This document shows, in pieces, positions 48,101-59,909 of a DNA stretch of 64,000 nucleotides (its first letter is position 1; each line of letters begins with the position of its first letter). The position numbers and the translations under genes are program-made. Below the pieces are notes generated by a model, which searched no databases, was not told the DNA's origin, and saw only the letters and a list, made by a program, of their open reading frames with translations. Source of the DNA: Macrostomum hystrix (Eukaryota; Animalia; Platyhelminthes); the NCBI GenBank assembly GCA_950097015.1, contig CATNEN010000038.1, forward strand, positions 29,326,001 to 29,390,000, read 5' to 3'.

Positions 48101-51100
48101 AATGTTACTCACGCCAAATTTGCAGTCGTATTTCAGCAACCGCCGTACCAGCGATATTTCTAGCTTCGCATGTGTATAGTCCGGCGTGTTGCACGTCCAG
48201 ATTGTTGATGATCAAAGAGTTGCGAGTCAACTGGTAAGCTGAAAACAGGATACCCGTGCAAGCACACCTTGTAGTTTCTACGAGCGTTGTGGAGCACGTT
48301 AAAAAACAACTCACTGCTGTCCTGCGCAATGGCATCAGAACCTTTCTTCCAGCCAACCGTCGGTTCGGGGTCGCCAATAGCGGTACAGTTGAGCTTAACA
48401 GATTGGCCACGTTTGGCCACCACCGTGCGAGGATACGGACCTCCGGTGATTCTGGGTTTCACTGAGAATTGGAGCGACACTTTGCATTTTTTGTGTTTTT
48501 GATGGTCTTAATGAGCACATGCGATTCATGTCGAAGCCCATGGACTAAGTTTTGATGCCGGTACCCAATGTGGACAAATCTCAATCACTATGACTTACCA
48601 AACACCTGCAGCTGAATATGAGCCAAATCACGACCAGCGTTGTTAACAATCATGCAGGTGTACGAAGCGGCGTCTGACCTGATTACACTCGACAAGATGA
48701 GGGCGTCCCGACCTATCTGCAACCTACCACCCTCTGTCAAGGTCTGGCCGTCCTTCAACCAGGTGATGGTCGGCTCCGGAGATGCGTCGAATAGACAAGG
48801 CAATCGGACATTGCTTTCGCCTTCGCTGGATGTGATGGTCTTGCGTTGTCCGTCACGGATGCGCGGCTTCTGGCTCACTCTCAGGTCGTACACCTTAGTG
48901 ATTTGACCGGCGCTGTTAACTGCTTGGCAGGTGTATTCAGCTTGGTCATCGAGAGCGGCCGAGAATATTACAAGGCGTTGACCATCGTCAATCAATGTTA
49001 AACGTCTCGGCTCGGTTAAGTCCGTATTGAGATTTTGTCTCGAACCATCCTGTCGATAACGCCACCAGCTTATCCTTGGCCTAGGGTTGCCGAGGGTAGC
49101 TGGGCAGTTTAGCTCCACAAGCTCATGTAGAATAGCGTTTCGTGTCTCGCGATTCGCATCGAATCCAGGTGGAAAACTGGGTGCAGACTGGACGACTAAG
49201 TGATACCTCTTCGTGACAACACCTCCTTCATTTTCTAAGCGACAGGTGAATGTACCTGTATCGTTGGGATGCGTGGAATAAACTGATAGTGTAGATCCAA
49301 GTTCTGTTTCAGTAAACCGATAACTTGCTCCGCCAGCGATCAGAACTTCCACGGGGAGACCGTCTTTCGTCCAATTTATTAAAGGTCTGAAATTCATGTC
49401 GCATCTCAGTTTGAATTAAAAGCTCTTTTGTTATAACTTAATTGCAAATTTAACTTACCTTGTAGAGTCTAAGGCTGTGCAAGACAATGTTGTTAGTGCT
49501 GGCGCTTTAACAGTTACCGTGACATCATCTGAGCCTTCGCGCAGTATTGGAGGAGACAATACTACCAGCTTGAAGTAGCGTGTTAGCCATTGGCCTCCTA
49601 AACTAGCGGTGCATGTGTAGTTACCTGCTTGATCAGGCTTAACTGCCGCAAAGCGCAATTGACTAGCGCCATTGCTTCGTTCGCTGCTGCTTCTCTGAGA
49701 ATCAGTCCAGTCGATTGGGCCATGACCGAGTCTAACCCACAGAAAACTTGGCGACGGGCTTCCAGACACTTCAATCGCCAGTGAGCAGTCAAGCGACGTC
49801 GATTGATTTTCAGCGACTCGCACCAACACGTAGATGCCAGATCTGTCATCCAAGAAGCGAATCGGGGGTGCTACTTTGATTGAGAACCTGCGACTATCAT
49901 GACCGTATTGGTTCCTGGCTGAGCACTGGTAGCTGCCAGAATCGGCAAACTCGGACGGTCTGATGACGAGTCGCTCATAGTTCGATTCCATACGGATTCG
50001 ATTCGATTCAATCTACAGAGAAACATTTTTAGGTATATCAGTAATATTTTATAAGAAAATGTTTGATTGCAAATAAACACTTTTTTTAAACGTAAAGGTC
50101 CTAGATGACCGTAGATATCCCAGGGCACTGATATACCTAAGCTCGATTCCGCGGCGAGGCCACATTCATTTGGGGCGCAGCCGCGGAGAGAAGGCTTGGG
50201 GCTGAAGGCGTCGTGCAATTCACGCAATGAGGGCCAACCTCAAAGCCAGAGTGAAGTGTACACTGCCTGACGATGAGAAAGTCATGGCATATGTACACAC
50301 ACTGTGTGAGCTTGTGCCTGCGTACAGGATCTGAGTGTGTGTGTGTGTGTGTGTGCTCAGGAGTCAGCGAAGTGGGCAGAATTGCCTCCTCGCTGGCTGC
50401 GGGTCTAGTATTACAAAATCATGTGCCATCACTCACAGCTATCCAGCACTTATTATTATTATTATTAGATTGAATCACGGCCTACTTAATTATCGCCAAT
50501 AGCCAGTGGATTCAAAATACTTTTTTGTTCTGAATGAGGCACAGCTCATTTTGAAAGGAACAAGAGGCAGCAAGTTTTACCTCTAATAATTGTTCGTTCC
50601 TTTTCTCGGACCATTGAAATACCTCATTCTAATGTCCATTTGGAAACTGTACTTTTACGAGCTAAATTTAATGCTCCCAAGAAGACACATGGCCACTTAC
50701 AATCTGGCTTCCATTTTTCGTCCAGCTCATGTCTATGGGCCGAGTACCGTTCAACACTCGGCAGTCAAGAATTAGTGTATCACCGGAATTCACACGCAAG
50801 GTTTCAGGTGACGGTCCGGAAGAGCCGCGAATCAATGGAGCATCGACGACGAGCAGAAACAGCTCCACGGCGTCTGAACCAGCCCGGTTGGCCGCCTCGC
50901 AACGATATCGACCCCGATGTGCTTCAGTAGCGCTAAGAATCTCGAGCTCTTCTCCGTTGCGTCTTAAAATTAGACCATCGGCTTCTTCTGAAATCACCGG
51001 CCTGCCTTCCACAGACCACAGCAGTTTAGGCCGAGGGCTCCCTGATCTGACTGGGCAAGATAAGCGGATGCCGCGGTTGCGCAACACCCAACGCTCCAAC

Positions 51101-54100
51101 TGGCCAATTTTATCGCGGTCAATCACCGGCGTGTCACTGACGTCTAGCTGGATTCGACTGGTAGCGGAACCGACACGATTAGTTGCTGTGCACTCGTAAC
51201 TGCCTGAGTCACTGGCTACCAGGCTACGTATAGTTAGCACCTTGCGATCTGGTGAGAGCCTGACTCTACCGTTTGAGCTGGAATCTGATGATGATGACGA
51301 ACTCATTCGCCAGTTTATCACAGCCGGTGGTACACCATCCGTCACATTGCATGTTAGGCTGACATTCTGACCAGTACTGCGATGCACCTGTACAACTCTG
51401 GAGTCAGCGAGTGGCGAATAGATGACGGAGACGTCGATTGTGAGGCTGTCAGAGCCGGCCTTGTTGCTCACAATGCAAATGTACTTGCCAGCGTGTCCCA
51501 GGCGGGCACGGCGAATCAGAAGCGACTTGGTCTGCCGTTTGGATTGTGATTTGTTTAATCGAAACTAAAAACTACAGACCAAAATCTAAGATTTTATCTT
51601 TACTCACCCCATCAGCGTTATGGACTAGATCAGCGATTCTAGCATCGAGTGGCTCCCCATCCTTGAGCCATATTACTTCCAGAGCACCGCTATCCGAGCT
51701 TCGGCCCTCGGATACACGGCACTCAAGCAGGAGACTAGTGTTTAGTTCCACCAGCTTTTTCGAATCGACCAGACCGGTTGGCGGGATGATCATCGGCTTT
51801 GAGATCACGCTTACATTGTAAATAATTGTTGCCGTACCAAACTCGTTGCTAGCAACACACCTGTATGGACCAGCTGATGCTCTGACTATCGAACGCAGAG
51901 TCAGTATTGAGCCTTGCGTAGCTCCACTACTGGATAATAGACTTTCGTTGTGATACCACCGAAATTCTGGACTCGGAATGGCGGTGACATTGCAGACGAG
52001 TTCGCGTGTTTCGCCTACAAAAACTTTCAGTTGTCTCCGACCAACAGTTGATGCCGCGTCCACAGGAGCTTGTCCGACTACTAGCCGTATAACATGGGAC
52101 TTGCTGTCGTGAGTATTGCGAGCCGTGCATCGATAGTTGTCCGCGTGAGACAGGTCCGCCTTGGCAATTCTTAGTCGCTGACCATCTTGATCGATGGTCG
52201 AGTCGACGCTGGTCACAGAGACTCCGCTGGTTCTGGTCCACTCGATGGAGGGCTTAGGCCGACCAGTCACCCGGCACACAAGTTCCACCGGTCTGCCTCG
52301 CTCAACGAGCACTGGTGGTCTACTTGAGCTGATCGGATCTATGTATATGAACTCTAAAAGTAAGTAAACGGTTTGTTCAAGTATTTGGGGTGAGTGGCAG
52401 AGCAGTCTAACGCTTTTGCCTCTCGCACCAAGGTCCCTGAGCTCGATTCCGCGGCGAGGTCATATTCATTTGGAACGCAGCCGCGGAGAGAAGGCTTGGG
52501 GCTTGACAACCTCCAAAGCACAGTGAAAGTGCACACTGCCTGATAATGCGAAATTCAGGGCTGGTGTACATGACTGTGTGAGTGTATGCCTGCGTACGGT
52601 GTCTGTGTGCGTGTGAGGAGCCAGCGACATGGGCGGAATAGCCTCCTATTTCCTCCTACGGGTCTAGTGTCACCAAATTATGTTCCAATGCATACAGTCC
52701 TCCTACAAATATTATTGTTGTTATAGTCTTGAATACTGGCAAACAATAGAACTTTGGCCATATTACAGTAGTTTAAAAACAAATTTTCAACTCACTTGGA
52801 ATTGTTACCAAGACGCGGTCCTGAGCAGTTCCAGCTTCGTTGCTAGCTGAACAGAACCACTCGCCATCCGTGGCGTCCGAGGCCTCAAAAGTGATGCTAG
52901 ATCCGCCTCGATCAATCGATGTTGTATTTTCAATAATTCGTGATGAAAGCGACCGGCGCCAACTGATTCTTGGCGATGGAATGCCCGCCATGACGAGACA
53001 GTACAGAGAGATTCTCTCACCGGGCGTCGCTATCACATTTTCGGACAAGGCCTTCACGGATGGCGGCTCGATGTAGACAAGCTCAAGCGATAGGGTCGAA
53101 GGAGTTTTCGACAGCGTCATTCCGGTGCGGCACACGAAAACACCGGCCTGCCGCGGTCCAGCATTGTCGATCAGCAGCACTCCGGTTGGCGACACCAGCT
53201 GACCGTCACTATGCCGCCACCAAGTTAACTCGATACCAGGCGGTCCCGATTCAAGCAGGCATTTGATACGGATGGTGTCGTTCTGACGATAAGTCTGTCG
53301 CGTTCCACTTGGCGATAGGCGCAGATTGATTGGCACATCGTAGATCGTCAGCCAGGTTGACTTCAAACCGAATATTGTCGAGCTGGGCCCGTCCGTGGCG
53401 TAGCTGGCTCGGCAGGTGTACTTGCCAGCGTCCGAACTGCTCAAGTATCTACGAGTTCAAATCGTATATAATTTTTTTGTTAATCTCATGCATCGCTTTT
53501 CATGTCACCCTTTTGTCTCACACAGCTCAATCTCACCTTATTGTCAACCGTTTTTCAACACCGCTCATGCGTCTCGTCTCTGACACGGTTATTCGACTTG
53601 AGTTCACTAGCGGTCTAGTTGCATGAGTTCTAGAGTCGCCGCGTAACCATTCAACAGTCAGGGCTGGCAAACTGGTGGACACTGAAGAAGACTCCGCTGC
53701 TACCAGGCAGAGCAGCTCGGCGACTCCATAGCTGGCCGCTGAGGAATTTGCTGGCGCAATCAGGACAGATGGCGGATCAGCTGCAAAGGTGTTACTTGCG
53801 TGTGTTTTGCAGTTCATTGACCTAATGTAAACGTGTGTATCGAATGAATCTTTACCAATCAGTATTTATGCTTATCTTTGAATTGGGTACCGGCGTTGGT
53901 AACTAAAAGCCCGGAATAACATTTTTCAGGGAAGCAAACTCACGCTGCACAATGACCTGCACTCGGTCCGAGTGCATCTGTCCATCAATTGTGGTGGCTA
54001 TCAACTCGTAGACTCCAGCCGCCGTTGAGTCAGCCTCCTTTAAGTCCAGGATCTGCAGTCGCTGACCAGCAGGGCTACTTATCGATTGCAGTAACTGTTT

Positions 54101-57100
54101 GCGATTATCGCTCAGCAGCTTGTACCAGGTGGCCAGGTAGTCTTTGGTGCTGAACACCTTGCAACGCAGGGCGGTCCATTCGCCGCGGCGGACTTGCACA
54201 TCCAGACTGCGGCATTCGACACGAGGAGCCGGTGCTACCAGCGCTTTGACCGCCGTTGGAGAATAACGCTGGTAGTCGCGACCGTCAAGATCCTTGCCTG
54301 TCACCTGAATATTAAGGGGGTTAGCAATAGAGAGGCCACGCTTTCTTTCCATCTGGACAAAGACCACAGGGGTATTTCAAATGCCCACTGCATGCTTCAC
54401 GACAGCTCCCAAACCGAATGACCGATTTTCCTGAAATTCTGCGATGTGTATCAAACTTGGTGCATAAATGGGTACATAATTAAATTTTCTGAGCAGCTAA
54501 ATTTTCCCAATATTGGTGGAGGCTTTTACCACCAGATACCCCGACGAGAGTCGTTGAATATCTCGACAATGAAAAAAACGTGTGATTCTAGAAGTTGTTT
54601 CTTCGAAAAGAACGGAAAATTTTTTATCGTGATCTGGATTTTCAAAACGATAAGTCGAATATTTTAGGAAAAAGATATATAAACATGGGCCTTTGAAATT
54701 CCTCCCGTGCTTTTTCTATTGATACTCAAGTTCGTCGGTTTTTCACAGTGCATTGTCGCTAGTGAAGCGTCCTCCTCACCACAACGTAGAAGAACCCGGA
54801 TGGCGGCTCCAACCGATCTGTGACAAAGGCGCTGCCACCTGATCCGCCAGTGATCTGCCTCGCCCGGGCGGTGATTAGGCTGTACTTTTCAAATGTAGTC
54901 AGGGCTACATAGTTAACTGTTCCCAGTGCAGCTGTTTGATTGATGTACAGATGCGATGGAATGCCTGCATTATTGAAACGATGTCCGCGGGGGAAAGGGG
55001 TAAGTGCCAAGGTCCCTTAGCTCGATTTGTTTCATAATTATTGCACGTCTTATATTGATCTCACTCACCCAAATAAGGTCGACCAGAGTTATTTTCACCT
55101 TCAATAGGATACCTATCGGCTAGATTAATTGAGAACGCGTGATTGAAGTCAAGCTTACTCCGACCAGTGACTCGAATTGAATGCTTGGCGTTGCCATCGC
55201 TATCGACTGAAATAATCAATTACGTGTGCGATCGTTACAAATTACGAGAAACGTAGAAACGGTTAAAAAAAGGATATTGCTAGAAAAAATCATACGTCTA
55301 GGTGGTGTAACTTTAAGAGTCCAGTGTCCCTGTATGGGGCTGCTAACGCTTTTCACCTCCACATTTGGCAGACTCGCGTTGTATGCAGGATTTACCTGTC
55401 GACCTTGGAAATCAATACGGAAATGTTTAAAATTTTGTTTAGACAAGATGAAAAGCGTTTTACCAAAGTAGGATTTACCAAATGGATCCTGCAGTGATTC
55501 AATTTTGACACCTGGACCAGACACCGATACGGTAAGGTATTTCACTGTGCTATCAATCGGTATGTCGTAGATGTTATTTTCGTCTGGTAGTTCTTTGTCA
55601 ACGCTCAGTATGTGTACTCGTTCTGGCGTGAGGGCCACTTTTACCAGGTTCATGATCTGCAATTAAATCAGTTTATGCAGGAGTTTAATGAGTCCAGTAC
55701 TACTGTTCACTCTACTGTAAAACCGCTACCAACATCAGGTGGATTAGAACTTAAAGCACTCTTTTCTGCTCTGCTCTGTTCTGTTCTGTTCTATTCTATT
55801 CTGTTCTATTCTGTTCTGCTCTGTTCTGTTCTGTTCTGTTCTGTTCTATTCTGTTCTGTTCTGTTCTGCTCTGTTCTATTCTGTTCTGTTCTATTCTGTT
55901 CTGTTCTGTTCTGCTCTGTTCTATTCTGTTCTGTTCTATTCTGTTCTGTTCTGTTCTGCTCTGTTCTATTCTGTTCTGTTCTATTCTGTTCTGTTCTGTT
56001 CTGCTCTGTTCTGCTCTGCTCTATTCTGTTCTGTTCTGTTCTGTTCTATTCTGCTCTATTCTGTTCTGCTCTGTTCTGCTCTGTTCTGTTCTGTTCTGTT
56101 CTGTTCTGTTCTGTTCTGTTCGGTTCTGTTTTGTTCTGTTCTACTCTGCTCTGTTCTTTTCTATTCTGTTCTGCTCTGCTCTATTCTGTTCTGTTCTGTT
56201 CTGTTCTGTTCTATTCTGTTCGGTTCTGTTTTGTTCTGTTCTACTCTGCTCTGCTCTATTCTGTTCTGTTCTGTTCTGTTCTGTTCTGTTCTGTTCTGTT
56301 CGGTTCTGTTTTGTTCTGTTCTACTCTGCTCTGTTCTTTTCTATTCTGTTCTGCTCTGCTCTATTCTGTTCTGCTCTATTCTGCTCTATTCTGTTCTGTT
56401 CTGTTCTGTTCTGTTCTGTTCAGCTGCTGTCATTGCATCGCAGGCAGAGTTATGTAACAGCAGATAAATCTAGAAATTCTTATCAGCTGCTGCGTTCATT
56501 TCATTTCCAAGCATGCCTCGCCCGTGTCCCAGAGGGACTCGAATATCAATAGCGGTTTTCTCTGATTTCTGTGTCTGTTGATTGGGAACATATTTGCTTC
56601 TGTTAAACATCAGGTCTATATGGTGCAGCTGAGGGCAAGACATTGTAATTAAGTGTAGCACAAGATCCTCTTGACCCCAACTACCCCTGGTCTTTCACAG
56701 ATTCTCTATATAATTAACAGCGTAACGTTATTGTCGTTAATCACACTCCGGTATAGGTAGCCTAATTCGTTTTCTTTTTGAAGACAATTTCTGCTGGACA
56801 ATTAGTTAAGAGGCCTTGCTGCTGCTGCTGCTGCTTCTGCGTGTATATTTCTAAACCCCCTCAAAAGGAACAGCTGACACTAACGGATTATTTCAACTCG
56901 AAGCAGATTCCCTATTGTGACATAAGGTTCCGTGTGGATTGAACTGAGGTTCTTGGATTAAACTGAGGTTCATGGATTAAACTGAGGTTCATGGATTAAA
57001 CTGAGGTTCATGGATTAAACTGAGGTTCATGGATTAAACTGAGGTTCATGGATTAAACTGAGGTTCTTGGATTAAACTGAGGTTCATGGATTATCCAACA

Positions 57101-59354
57101 CCCTAGGATTATCTAACACGCAAGGATTATCTAACACCCAAGGATTATCTAACACCCTAGGATTATCTAACACGCAAGGATTATCTACCACCTAAGGATT
57201 ATTAAACACCCAAGGATTATCTAACACGCAAGGATTATCTAAGAACTGAGGATTATCTTAACACCTAAGGATTATCTAACACACAAGGATTATCTAACAC
57301 CCTAGGATTATCTAACACACAAGGATTATCTAACACACAAGGATTATCTAACACCCAAGGATTATCTAACAACTGAGGATTATCTTAACACCCAAGGATT
57401 ATCTAACACGCAAGGATTATTTAACAACTGAGGATTATCTTAACACCTAAGGATTATCTAACGCGCAAGGATTATCTAACAACTGAGAATTATCTTAACA
57501 CCAAATGATTATCTAACACCCACAGATTTTTTGACGCCAGGCGATTATCAACTCACATCTTGTACGCGATTTTTTAAGATGCGGATAAGAATGCCAGAGC
57601 TGGCCTGACTTATGCGCTGGTAGCACTGAAAAGCCTCGCTGTTCTCGTCGCCGCAATCGCCTGTAAGCACGAAGACCACCTGAGAGTGTTTAACGAAAAT
57701 TTGAATTTTGGAAAAAAATTTGGGAAAATATATTTTGAAATATTCATATTAAAATTTAAAATTAAAAAAATCAGTACAAAAAAATTCTGAAAAAACGGAT
57801 TCGGGAAATATTCGGTTTCGGGAAATATTCCATTTCTGAGAATATTTGGTTTCGGGAAATATTCGGTTTCGGGAAATATTCGGTTTCGGAAAAAATTGGC
57901 GTTAGGACATATTTGGTTTCGGGAAATATTCAGTTTCGGGAAATATTCAGTTTTTAGAAATACTCGGTTCCGGTAAATATTCGGTTTCGTGAAATATTCG
58001 GTTTCAGGAAATATTTGGTTTTGGGGAATATTCGATTTTTGTTCATATTTGGTTTCGGTTTTGGTTTCGTTTTTGGCAAATTTTCGCTTTTGAAAAGCTT
58101 TTGTTTTGGGGAAATATTCAGAACTGCGAGCTTGAGTTGTTTTTGTAGTGTTTCTATGATCAAAAAACTACAGCTCAGCCGTAGTACCTGGCTTTCCTTC
58201 TGCTGAATCAGCTCCAGCACAGGCCCCAGAAGGTGCGGGTCCTTCGCGCTAGCGTCGGTGAACACGTAGATGAAGGACCTCGGCCTGGCGGCCTCCAGAG
58301 CCAGCTTGATGCCCTGCAGCGTCGCTTCGGGACAGTCGCCGCCACCCTGGACGAAAATGTCGTCGATCATTTCTTGGAATTCGGCCGGGTCGCTCGTTAC
58401 CTGAGGTAGGCTCACGACTGTGGAAATGGGAATTACACCATTTTAGAAAATGTAGAATCTTTTCTCAACTTCCATTGGATCTCATCTGGCCTTCGATGGG
58501 ATCTCTTCTCAATATCGATGGGATCTCTTCTCAATATCGATGGGATCTCTTCTCAATATCGATGGGATCTCTTCTCAATATCGATGGGATCTCTTCTCAA
58601 CTTCGATGGGATCTCTTCTTAATATCGATGGGATCTCTTCTCAACTTCGATGGGATCTCTTCTCAACTTTGATGGGATCTCTTCTCAACTTTGATGGGAT
58701 CTCTTCTCAACTTTGATGGGATCTCTTCTCAACTTTGATGGGATCTCTTCTCAACTTTGATGGGATCTCTTCTCAACTTTGATGGGATCTCTTCTCAACT
58801 TTGATGGGATCTCTTCTCAACTTTGATGGGATCTCTTCTCAACTTTGATGGGATCTCATATGGCGTTTTATGGGATCTCATTTAAACTTTGATTGGATCT
58901 TATATGAACTTTGATGGGATCTCATATGGCGTTTTATGGGATCTCATTTAAACTTTGATGGGATCTCATATGAAATTCGATGGGATCTCATATGAACTTT
59001 GATGGGATCTCATATGAACTTTGATGGGATCTCATATGAACTTTGATGGGATCTCATATGAACTTCGATGGGATCTCACTGAAGCTACTCAGCTATTCTA
59101 GACCCAGACTCACCCGGCTCGTTCACTCGCACCAGGATGTAATTAGCGATCGCTCCATCACGTCTAGACTCCTGCTCCTGCAGTATTCGGGTGACTCCGC
59201 GCTTGACGCCAACCAGGTCGTCCTTCATGGAGCCCGTCGTGTCAAACACAATGGCCAAACTCGCGCCGGGCGGATCATTGTGTCGAATTGTTTGAGCAGA
59301 AATTGTTTCCACTCCTAGAAGAAGAACGATTAGAAACAATTTTCTTGAAAGCAT
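39113..59354 (-). CDS. HMCN: Hemicentin-like ECM protein: signal peptide, vWA, ~20 Ig, 1 TSP1, EGF/cbEGF, fibulin-type C-terminus
   Basis: vWA motifs SLAIVFDTTGSMKDDL, VQGGGDCPE, SFIYVFTDASAKD and VVFVLTGDCG. Phase-consistent exons: 59354-59114, 58417-58188, 57679-57557, 55656-55479, 55403-55296, 55206-55069, 54964-54780, 54304-53944, 53780-53537, 53448-52796, 52338-51608, 51531-50701, 50012-49459, 49386-48599, 48461-48315, 48238-48113, 47557-47365, 47278-47196, 45409-45033, 44620-44341, 42744-42557, 42043-41503, 40168-39913, 39521-39113. TSP1 motif WSAWSPCSQSCG; cbEGF motif DVDEC. Confidence 0.92.
39541..39730 (-). mobile_element. tRNA-derived SINE, family B (CORE-like)
   Basis: GGTACCCATTTAACAGCTGGGTGAACTGAAG...GAGTTAAGGGTC...AATTGTTCC...GGAATCGAACCCC is the reverse complement of 19190-19345. 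Confidence 0.75.
40220..40675. repeat. Imperfect ~17/9-bp minisatellite (TCTCCCACTCTCCCAAA)
   Basis: Pyrimidine-rich tandem units just inside a hemicentin acceptor. Confidence 0.85.
41311..41460 (-). mobile_element. Family A SINE fragment (5' half)
   Basis: GCCTCGCCGCGGAATCGAGCTCAGGGACC and GCCTTCTCTCCGCGGCTGCG match the family A head and body. Confidence 0.8.
42085..42510. repeat. Degenerate ~17-20-bp minisatellite (GGGATTCCCCTGTTTT)
   Basis: Repeated GGGATTC.. motif across a hemicentin intron; old and diverged. Confidence 0.75.
42887..43578. repeat. 20-bp minisatellite (ACTGTCTACCTAGGCTATCT)
   Basis: Column-aligned 20-bp period. Confidence 0.97.
44057..44278. repeat. 20-bp minisatellite (GTATCCAAGGAAGCCCTTCC)
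   Basis: About 11 units; the variant AAGACC recurs 100 bp apart. Confidence 0.95.
46304..46995 (+). mobile_element. BEL/Pao LTR retrotransposon 5' remnant (short LTR, PBS, decayed gag) in a hemicentin intron
   Basis: TG...CA segment at 46304-46474 followed by PBS-like TGGCACCCGAAC (46476-46487). The frameshifted LPKLQPPSFSGD..FWDRFSSSIHDNPSLSVVDQFS (~46885-46990) matches the Pao gag DUF1759 pattern. Confidence 0.75.
47630..48062. repeat. Diverged 16-bp minisatellite (AATCTACAAAGACTCA) with a 48-bp superperiod
   Basis: TCTAC at 48001, 48017 and 48033; 48-bp blocks at 47860-47995. Confidence 0.85.
50135..50467 (+). mobile_element. tRNA-derived SINE, family A (5'-truncated)
   Basis: GCTCGATTCCGCGGCGAGGCCACATTC..., (GT)n patch and TTA tail. 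Confidence 0.85.
52386..52722 (+). mobile_element. tRNA-derived SINE, family A
   Basis: GGGGTGAGTGGCAGAGCAG...CCAAGGTCCCTGAGCTCGATTCC...; decayed tail. Confidence 0.82.
54368..54705. mobile_element. MITE family C
   Basis: GGGGTATTTCAAATGCCCA vs right-end reverse complement GGAGGAATTTCAAAGGCCCA; internal similarity to 22970-23145. Confidence 0.6.
55762..56421. repeat. (TTCTG)n pentanucleotide microsatellite
   Basis: 5-bp period with CTCTG and TTCTA variants. Confidence 0.97.
56935..57520. repeat. Two abutting related minisatellites: 19-bp GGATTAAACTGAGGTTCAT and 18-bp GGATTATCTAACACCCAA
   Basis: Unit switch at ~57090 through the shared GGATTA; hybrid units containing AACTGAGGATTATC. Confidence 0.9.
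57795..58120. repeat. 17-bp minisatellite (CGGGAAATATTCGGTTT)
   Basis: AATATT at 57841, 57858 and 57876; degenerates toward both ends. Confidence 0.85.
58460..59078. repeat. 22-bp minisatellite (GATGGGATCTCTTCTCAACTTT) filling the first hemicentin coding intron
   Basis: 22-bp period with block-wise variant zones. Confidence 0.95.
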
Positions 59355-59909
59355 ACCTGAAAGCAGATTAAAAGCAAGAGCCGTTTCATGAAGCTACCGA
59401 ACTCTGCGAAATTAGCACTATATATGCGTTATGTGATAAGCATTAGGTTTGTGTGCAGCTACCAACCAACTTTTTGTTTAACCTATCAGCCGGTCAGAAT
59501 CGTTAGCGAACATTTCGCCAGCCTCGACCAGCCAATCTGCGACGCAGATTCTGCAGTTAAAAGGATTTTTTTAAAGCCAAATTGGCTTGTATTAAACAGA
59601 TTGTACGCACCAAATGGTTCATCGGCTGCAGATATGGCTAGGAGTGGAAAGGTAATTTTCTTGAAGATTCAACCCATCAGCCACCGAAGGCTTGCTTGTT
59701 TATTGTGGCCACCCCAGGTCCTGTGGCGTAGAAAAATCCCTTAAAAGCTGTTCCGCGTGTAAAATATCGCCATAAAACGATTCGGCGATCAAGAAGTAGA
59801 AGATTTATTGCCTAACTGGGAAATCATAGATCTACTGCAGATGGAAATAAAACAATCATAATCTAATCCCAAATATCCCATACATTTATTAGATTGGGAA
59901 TCAAGTACA

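Noticed and set aside
50384-50397. GCCTCCTCGCTGGC matches the HDV ribozyme P3/L3 as I recall it
   Set aside because: No P1 partner and no J4/2 catalytic C motif. Other copies break the GCC/GGC pairing while conserving an alternative hairpin.
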